Assembly: GCA_964634325.1 (NCBI GenBank)
Contig: CAZWJF010000009.1
Span: 94,028-158,027, forward strand
Reading direction: 5' to 3'
Origin: an uncultured Rhodoblastus sp.
GTDB lineage: Bacteria > Pseudomonadota > Alphaproteobacteria > Rhizobiales > Beijerinckiaceae
DNA length: 64,000 nucleotides
In this document: positions 58,414 through 64,000 of the stretch, piece by piece
How the letters are laid out: each line of letters begins with the position of its first letter
Numbering within the stretch: the stretch's first letter is position 1
Position numbers and translations under genes: made by a program
The notes under the pieces: generated by a model
What the model saw: only the letters and a program-made list of their open reading frames with translations
Database searches by the model: none
Told to the model about the DNA's origin: nothing

Positions 58414-58917
58414 CTAACGGCCGATCAGCGGCGCGAATGCGGCGACGACCTGCTCGTAGACTTCCCGCTTGAACGGGATGATCAGGTCTGGCAATCGCGC
58501 CGCCTCTTCCCAGCGCCAGGCGTCGAATTCCGGCTTGTGGCCGGGGCCGGGATCGTGAATGTCGATTTCGCTTTCCTCGCCGGTGAACCGCAGCGCGAAC
58601 CATTTCTGCGTCTGCCCGCGATAGCCGCCGCGCCAGCTCTTCCTCGCCACATTGTTTGGCAGGTCGTAGGAATACCAATCCGGCGCTTCCGCCATCAATT
58701 CGACCGAGCGAACGTTGGTCTCCTCGCGCAGTTCCCGGAGGGCGGCTGCGTAGGGCTCCTCCCCCGGGTCGATGCCGCCCTGCGGCATCTGCCATTCGTG
58801 TCCCGGCGCGACGTGCTCGGGTTGGCGCTTGTTCTTGCGGCGGCCGACGAAGACCAGGCCTTGCGGGTTCACCAGCATTACGCCGACGCAGGGGCGGTAT
58901 GGAAGCGACTTGGTCAC
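58414..58917 (-). CDS. rppH: RNA pyrophosphohydrolase RppH (Nudix)
   Basis: 167 aa, GTG start. [11 protein letters not shown]...[27 protein letters not shown] (Nudix box). Confidence 0.88.
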   Translation of the reverse strand: MTKSLPYRPCVGVMLVNPQGLVFVGRRKNKRQPEHVAPGHEWQMPQGGIDPGEEPYAAALRELREETNVRSVELMAEAPDWYSYDLPNNVARKSWRGGYRGQTQKWFALRFTGEESEIDIHDPGPGHKPEFDAWRWEEAARLPDLIIPFKREVYEQVVAAFAPLIGR

Positions 58918-60146
58918 GGGCGTCTGTTCTCGGCTTGCGGGGCGCTTGCACGCAACAATATGGCGCTCGCCGGCACGAGCGCGACGCCGCGCTTCTCGAG
59001 GCCGCGCGCGAAACGGTCGACGAGCGCGATGCTCTGGGGGATCGCGCTCGCCACGCCGAGCGCGTAGCCCTTCGTCCGCGCGATGGTCTCGAGCCGCGTC
59101 AGCGCGGCCTCGATGGACTCGGCTCGTTGGTCGGCGTCGATCACGACGTCGGCGCGCGCCATCGCCGCCCCGACGCTCGCGCCGACCTGGGCGGAAAGGG
59201 ATTGCGGCGCCGATCCGTCGTCCACGAACGCGACGCCGCGTTGCGCCAGCTCGCGCAGCACCGGTGTGAGGGCCGCCGAATTGGACAGGAACCGCGCGCC
59301 GAGAAAATTCATCACCCCGACATAGCCGGTAAAGCGGCTCATCAGCCAGTGGAGGTCGCCGGTCAGCTCCTGATCGGAGGCGCGGGCGGTCAGCGTATGC
59401 GGGCCAGGGTCGTTCTGGGGATAGTCGAACGGCTCCATGGGCGCCTGCAGAAACGCCTCATGCCCGCGGTCGCGCGCACGTGCGGCGAGGCTTTGCAGGT
59501 CGTTTCCGTAGGGGGCGAAGGCGAAAGAGATGTCGGCCGGCAGCCTGTCCATCGCCGCGTCGGTCGTCGTCGACGACAGCCCGAGGCCGCCCACGATCAC
59601 CGCGATGCGCGGCGCATCGCTCTTCAGCTTCTGCGACGTCACTACCGGGCGCGCGTAGACTTCATATGACTTCGAGCCGTCGGCGCCGATGCGCGGCAGC
59701 GGACCTGCGCGGCCGCGTTCGATCAGGCGCTTGTCAGGCGCCGGGGCGAGACTGACGCCCGAAGGCTGGTCGAGCTGGATGATCAGCGCGCCCGGCGCGC
59801 CGCCGCCGCCCGCGCGCGTCACTTTCACGCCCGACTGGTTCTCGACGTCCTGCGCAGTCTGGCGCTCGGAGTGCTGCAATTCGGTCTGCCGCTGGCCGAC
59901 GGTCCCTGTCGGCGCGCTATCGCGTTGGCTTGCGATCGGCGGCGGCGCGTAGGGTTCGATCTTCGCTACGACCCGCGGCCAGCCGCCGTTCGGGTCGCCG
60001 TACTTGAGGACGTAGGCGCCGGCGGAGAGGATCGTCGCGCTCGCGGCGACCGTCAGGATGGCCTTTGGCGAAATGCGCCGCTGCACGCCGGGCGTCGCCC
60101 GCTGTGGCGCGCCCTGGCCGAGAGGTTGGTGGAGTTCGTCCGACAT
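58914..60146 (-). CDS. Divergent polysaccharide deacetylase family protein (YibQ-like)
   Basis: N-terminal TM helix, then ...[12 protein letters not shown]...ISFAFAPYG...[16 protein letters not shown]... Start is uncertain (ATG 60146 or 60194). Confidence 0.72.
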   Translation of the reverse strand: MSDELHQPLGQGAPQRATPGVQRRISPKAILTVAASATILSAGAYVLKYGDPNGGWPRVVAKIEPYAPPPIASQRDSAPTGTVGQRQTELQHSERQTAQDVENQSGVKVTRAGGGGAPGALIIQLDQPSGVSLAPAPDKRLIERGRAGPLPRIGADGSKSYEVYARPVVTSQKLKSDAPRIAVIVGGLGLSSTTTDAAMDRLPADISFAFAPYGNDLQSLAARARDRGHEAFLQAPMEPFDYPQNDPGPHTLTARASDQELTGDLHWLMSRFTGYVGVMNFLGARFLSNSAALTPVLRELAQRGVAFVDDGSAPQSLSAQVGASVGAAMARADVVIDADQRAESIEAALTRLETIARTKGYALGVASAIPQSIALVDRFARGLEKRGVALVPASAILLRASAPQAENRRP

Positions 60147-60301
60147 CCGCCGATTTCCGCCGCCTTGAGCCACGTCGTCCCCGGGGCGCTCCACGCTCGC
60201 GAATCGGTCCCGCGAATCAGACGCCCGGCGCGCATTCTGTCGATGCGGGCCGGGCGCGTCGAGGCGGCGAGAGCAGGGCGCGGCTGGACGCCGCGCCTGC
60301 G

Positions 60302-61708
60302 TCAGTTCTTCTTGTCGCTATCGAGGGTCTTGCCGTCCGGCAGCGCGTCCTTCGGCGTATCCTTGGTTTCAGGCGCCTTGGGTTCGACCGAAACCGCCGG
60401 TTGCTGCTGGGCGAGCTGCTGGGCGGTTTTGATTCCGCGCAGCAGTTCGTCGGCGGCGATCAACTGCCTGTCCTTGGACGCGTCCGGCGGAACATAGGCC
60501 TGCGAGCCATGTTCTTCGGCGTCGCCGTTCTTCAGGTGGCCCTTGAGCGAGGCCTCGCCCTTGAGATCGTCCTTGCCTTTCAGTTCGGCCGGAACCTCCT
60601 GCAGGACGACGATGTCGGGCTCGATGCCCTTGGCCTGGATCGAGCGGCCCGACGGCGTGTAGTAGCGCGCCGTGGTCAGCCGCAGCGCGCCGTTGTTCTG
60701 GCCGAGCGGGATGATGGTCTGGACCGACCCCTTGCCGAACGAGCGCGTGCCGATCAAGGTCGCGCGCTTGTGGTCCTGCAGCGCGCCCGACACGATTTCG
60801 GACGCCGACGCGGACCCGCCGTTGATCAGCACGACCAGCGGCTTGCCTTTCGAAATGTCGATCGGCCGGGCGTTGTAGCGCTGGGTCTCGTCGGCGTTGC
60901 GGCCGCGCGTCGAGACGATCTCGCCGCGGTCGATGAACGCGTTCGAGACGGCGACCGACTGGTCGAGCAGGCCGCCCGGGTTGTTGCGCAGGTCGAGCAC
61001 ATAGCCCTTGAACTTGTCGGCCGGAATTTCCTGCTGGAACTTCTGCATCGCGGCCTTCAGCCCGTCGTAGGTCTGCTCGTTGAACTGCGTGATGCGGATA
61101 TAGCCGATGTCGTCGCCTTCCTTGCGCGAACGCACCGACTTGATCTGGATGATCGCGCGCGTGAGCTTCACTTCGAGCTTGTTCTTGTCCTTCCCGCGCA
61201 GAACGGTCAGCGTGACGTTGGTGTTCACCGCGCCGCGCATCTTGTCGACGGCCTGATTGAGCGTCATGCCCTGCACGGTTTCCCCGTCGATGGCGGTGAT
61301 GAAATCGCCCGCCAGAATGCCCGCGCGCGCGGCCGGGGTGTCGTCGATCGGCGTCACGACCTTGACGACGCCCTCTTCCTGCGTGACTTCGATCCCGAGC
61401 CCGCCGAACTCGCCGCGCGTCTGCACCTGCATGTCGCGGAAGCTCTTTGAATCCATGTAGCTCGAGTGCGGATCGAGCGAGGTGAGCATGCCGTTGATCG
61501 CGGCCTCGACCAGCTTCTGGTCGTCCGGCTTCTCGACATAGTCGCTGCGGACCTTCTCGAAGACGTCGCCGAACAGATTCAGACTGCGATAGGTGTCCGA
61601 AACGGCGGCCGTGGCCGGAGCGCCGAACAGATCGGCCTTGTGCGCGACGGCCAAGGCCGACGCGCCGATCACGGCGCCAACGAGCACGAGATTCACATTG
61701 CGCATCAT
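60302..61708 (-). CDS. ctpA: Carboxy-terminal processing (S41) peptidase
   Basis: 468 aa. PDZ (GILAGDFITAIDG) and S41 core (LVVLINGGSASASEIVSGALQD...GTRSFGKGSVQT). ATGA overlap with the upstream envC-like stop. Confidence 0.9.
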   Translation of the reverse strand: MMRNVNLVLVGAVIGASALAVAHKADLFGAPATAAVSDTYRSLNLFGDVFEKVRSDYVEKPDDQKLVEAAINGMLTSLDPHSSYMDSKSFRDMQVQTRGEFGGLGIEVTQEEGVVKVVTPIDDTPAARAGILAGDFITAIDGETVQGMTLNQAVDKMRGAVNTNVTLTVLRGKDKNKLEVKLTRAIIQIKSVRSRKEGDDIGYIRITQFNEQTYDGLKAAMQKFQQEIPADKFKGYVLDLRNNPGGLLDQSVAVSNAFIDRGEIVSTRGRNADETQRYNARPIDISKGKPLVVLINGGSASASEIVSGALQDHKRATLIGTRSFGKGSVQTIIPLGQNNGALRLTTARYYTPSGRSIQAKGIEPDIVVLQEVPAELKGKDDLKGEASLKGHLKNGDAEEHGSQAYVPPDASKDRQLIAADELLRGIKTAQQLAQQQPAVSVEPKAPETKDTPKDALPDGKTLDSDKKN

Positions 61709-63030
61709 CCACGAACCTTTTTCAAATCGGGCCGGGCCCACCAGGGTGTCGGGTCGATCGGGGCGCCGTCTTTTCTGAACTCAACATAGAGGACGGGCTG
61801 GCTTGCGCCAATGGCGACGGCCGAGGCTGTCCGCGTCGATCCATCGCCCATGACGCCAATCGGTTCGCCCGCCAGAACGAATTGTCCGACCGCGACATTG
61901 ATCCTGTCCATGCCGGCCAGGACTATATAATAGCCGTCCCCTGCGTTGACGATGAGCAATTGCCCATAAGTTCGATAGGGGCCGGCGAAAAGCACCCAGC
62001 CGTCGGCGGGGGAGACCACGGTGGCGCGCGGACGCACGCCGATGGACAGCCCTTTTTCCGAGCCGCCGAACGCGTCCGCCGCGCCGAACGTCTTGACGAT
62101 TTCGCCGCTGGCCGGCATCGGCAGTCGCCCGCGCGTCTTGGAAAAGGCCACGGCCGGCGCGAGCCGTGCGGGGTCCTTGAACGGCGAAGCCTCTATTTTT
62201 GCTTGCTGTTCCTGCGTTTCGGCGGCCGCCTTCGCCTGGCGCTCCTCGTCCGCCTTGCGCGCCTCTTCGGCGGCTTTCCGCGCGGCGGCGCTGTCGCGCT
62301 CCATCCGCGCGATCAGGTCTTTCAGGCTGGTCGCCTGGCCGGCGAGCTCCGCGGCCCGCTTCTGCTCTGCCTCCAGCGCGCTCTGCGCCTCGCCCAGCGC
62401 CGTCTGGCGCGCCTCGATCAGCGCGGCAAGACGCAGCCGCTGCTCGTCGAGCCCCTTGCGCTCGCGGGCCAGATTGTCCTTTTCGCTGGCGATCGCGGCG
62501 CGCAGATTGACGAGGTCCCTGAGATCGCCGGCCAGCGCCTCGGTCTCCGAGCGCAGTTGCGGCAGGACGGCGCCCAGCGTCATCGAGGTGCGGATCGCTT
62601 GCAGCACGTCCTCCGGGCTCACCAGCAGGGCGGGCGGGGTGCGATGGCCCATGCGCTGGAGCACCGCGAGCACGTTGGCGACGACTTCGCGGCGGCCTTC
62701 GAGCGAGCGGCGGATCGCCTCCTCGCTGCCGGTCAGCCGGTCGAGACGTTGCTCCACCTTCGCCAGGCGGTCGTCGGCGGCCTCGACCTTGCCCGAAGCG
62801 TCCAGAAGCGCCTGATTGAGCTTGGCGCGATCGGCGCTGATCGACTCGATTTCCTTCTGGATCTGCGCGCGCTGTTCGGCGGAGGCCGCGATCGTATCCT
62901 CGACGCCCCGCAACTCCATGCGTTTGCCGACGACCGGATCGGCGGCGGGCTCGGTCGCAGGCTGGGCGGAGGCCGGCGCAGCCGACAGCGCCGTCGCCGC
63001 GCAGGCGGCGACTGCGGCGAAGCGGCGCAT
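61705..63030 (-). CDS. EnvC-like murein hydrolase activator (coiled-coil + M23/LytM domain)
   Basis: 441 aa from ATG 63030. Signal peptide MRRFAAVAACAATALSAAPASA, long coiled coil, C-terminal LytM-type domain (GWVLFAGPYRTYGQLLIVNAGDGYYIVLAGM). The 714-aa track ORF was rejected because it overlaps rlmH. Confidence 0.85.
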   Translation of the reverse strand: MRRFAAVAACAATALSAAPASAQPATEPAADPVVGKRMELRGVEDTIAASAEQRAQIQKEIESISADRAKLNQALLDASGKVEAADDRLAKVEQRLDRLTGSEEAIRRSLEGRREVVANVLAVLQRMGHRTPPALLVSPEDVLQAIRTSMTLGAVLPQLRSETEALAGDLRDLVNLRAAIASEKDNLARERKGLDEQRLRLAALIEARQTALGEAQSALEAEQKRAAELAGQATSLKDLIARMERDSAAARKAAEEARKADEERQAKAAAETQEQQAKIEASPFKDPARLAPAVAFSKTRGRLPMPASGEIVKTFGAADAFGGSEKGLSIGVRPRATVVSPADGWVLFAGPYRTYGQLLIVNAGDGYYIVLAGMDRINVAVGQFVLAGEPIGVMGDGSTRTASAVAIGASQPVLYVEFRKDGAPIDPTPWWARPDLKKVRG

Positions 63031-63131
63031 CGTCGTAAGTCCCAGAAGCAAATGCGTCCCGCAAACCGGTCCGGAGCTGTCGGCTCCCGTCAATAATCCC
63101 GCGAATGCGCCGGTATTGCGGCGCGATTCGG

Positions 63132-63614
63132 TCACGCGCGATGATAGGGATGGCCGGCGAGGATGGAAATCGCGCGATAGAGCTGCTCGGCGACGAGCGC
63201 GCGCACGATCTGGTGCGGCAGAGTGGCCGCGCCGAACGAGAACGTCAGCGCCGCCTGCGCCCGCAATGTCGAATCGAGGCCGTCCGCCCCGCCGATCACG
63301 AAGCACAGATCGCGCTGGCCGGCGTCGCGCCAGCCGCCGATCTCGGCGGCGAATTGTTTGCTGGTCAGAGCCTTGCCGCGTTCGTCGAGCGCGACGATCC
63401 GGGCGCCTTGCGGAATCGCACCGCCCAGCGCCCGCGCTTCCTCGGCCTTGCGGTCTTCGGGCCGCCGTGCGCGGCTTTCGTCGATCTCCCGCAGGGCCAG
63501 TTCGCTGAGGCCGACCGTTTTTCCGGTCGCCGCGATGCGCTCCACGTATCGCGCGAACAATTCCCGCTCCGGGCCGGCCTTCATGCGGCCGACCGCAGCC
63601 AGTGTGAGGCGCAT
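63132..63614 (-). CDS. rlmH: 23S rRNA (pseudouridine1915-N3)-methyltransferase RlmH
   Basis: 160 aa. SPOUT knot C-terminus ...FVIGGADGL...LSFGAATLPHQIVRALVAEQLYRA. Confidence 0.92.
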   Translation of the reverse strand: MRLTLAAVGRMKAGPERELFARYVERIAATGKTVGLSELALREIDESRARRPEDRKAEEARALGGAIPQGARIVALDERGKALTSKQFAAEIGGWRDAGQRDLCFVIGGADGLDSTLRAQAALTFSFGAATLPHQIVRALVAEQLYRAISILAGHPYHRA

Positions 63615-63632
63615 GGCGGTCGCTCGGGCCCG

Positions 63633-64000
63633 TCAGCCCGCGCGCCGCGCGCTCGGCTTCGTCGCTCCGGCGGCTTTCGGCGCGGGCCGGTCGCTCGGCC
63701 GGTCGCCGCTCCACATCTTCTCGAGATTGTAGAATTGCCGCACCTCGGGCCGGAAGATGTGGACGATCACGTCGCCCGCATCGACCAGCACCCAGTCGTT
63801 GTGCGGCATGCCCTCGACCCGCGGCGCGGCGACGCCCATTTCCTTGCACGCCTTGATGACGCGCTCGGCGATGGCGCCGACATGCGTGTTCGAACGGCCC
63901 GAGGCGATCGCCATCGTATCGGCCAGCGTGGTCTTGCCGGCCAATCCGATCGCGACGACGTTTTCCGCCTTGGAATCGTCGAGGCTGTCGAGGATTTTTT
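63633..64000 (-). CDS. rsfS: Ribosome silencing factor RsfS (5' end beyond the window)
   Basis: ...LDDSKAENVVAIGLAGKTTLADTMAIASGRSNTHVGAIAERV...WVLVDAGDVIVHIFRPEVRQFYNLEKMW. The reading frame stays open to the window edge. Confidence 0.85.
   Translation of the reverse strand, partial: KILDSLDDSKAENVVAIGLAGKTTLADTMAIASGRSNTHVGAIAERVIKACKEMGVAAPRVEGMPHNDWVLVDAGDVIVHIFRPEVRQFYNLEKMWSGDRPSDRPAPKAAGATKPSARRAG

Noticed and set aside
61705-63849. 714-aa ORF spanning the envC-like gene, rlmH and part of rsfS.
   Set aside because: The first 273 codons are Arg-rich and overlap the well-supported rlmH and rsfS genes in other frames. A signal peptide begins at ATG 63030, which is taken as the true start.

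Overview
High-GC chromosomal window, by gene content and repeat type most likely an alphaproteobacterium of the Rhizobiales. I call about 60 protein genes, one tRNA-Arg(CCT), two sigma-54 type promoters, one clear intrinsic terminator and two families of short intergenic palindromes. I saw no rRNA, CRISPR array, transposase, integrase or recognisable phage or defence gene.

Layout:
- 0.1-1.8 kb: membrane protein and arfB.
- 2.1-13.5 kb: complete urea module, urtABCDE followed by ureD, ureAB (fused), ureC, an ABM-domain gene, ureE, ureF, ureG.
- 13.6-19.1 kb: acyl-CoA dehydrogenase, tRNA-Arg, Zn-ADH, a DUF2252 protein, and a sigma-54-driven ferredoxin::ferritin-like fusion gene.
- 19.4-22.2 kb: efp with epmA and epmB.
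- 22.3-31.2 kb: housekeeping genes (MscS-family channel, CAP lipoprotein, TerB/SDR/GATase operon, trmO-like, methyltransferase/GNAT, ugd).
- 31.3-39.8 kb: CoA-dependent catabolic module (BVMO, enoyl-CoA hydratase, AtuA-like, thioesterase, acyl-CoA ligase, large ACAD).
- 39.9-54.0 kb: the most unusual part, an envelope-glycan island.
- 54.1-56.9 kb: cysD-cysNC.
- 57-64 kb: conserved housekeeping block (rppH, YibQ-like, ctpA, envC-like, rlmH, rsfS).

The island has a complete CDP-4-keto-3,6-dideoxyhexose core: rfbF, rfbG and an E1/DdhC dehydrase with the exact C-X57-C-X-C-X7-C iron-sulfur motif. The partner E3 reductase is absent. Around this core sit:
- a YerE-like ThDP enzyme;
- an SDR::HAD-phosphatase fusion;
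- a NeuB::SAF::cupin tri-domain protein;
- a radical-SAM/SPASM enzyme translationally coupled to a short SDR;
- a frameshifted acyltransferase-3 gene;
- a GtrA / GtrB-like GT2 / large polytopic membrane protein triad.

I read the island as a previously uncharacterised system that builds a branched or higher-carbon deoxysugar and attaches it to an envelope target through a lipid carrier. That reading is inference.

Many long Arg/Ala/Pro-rich ORFs in the track are GC-driven antisense shadows and were rejected. All family calls come from reading motifs by eye. No searches were run.
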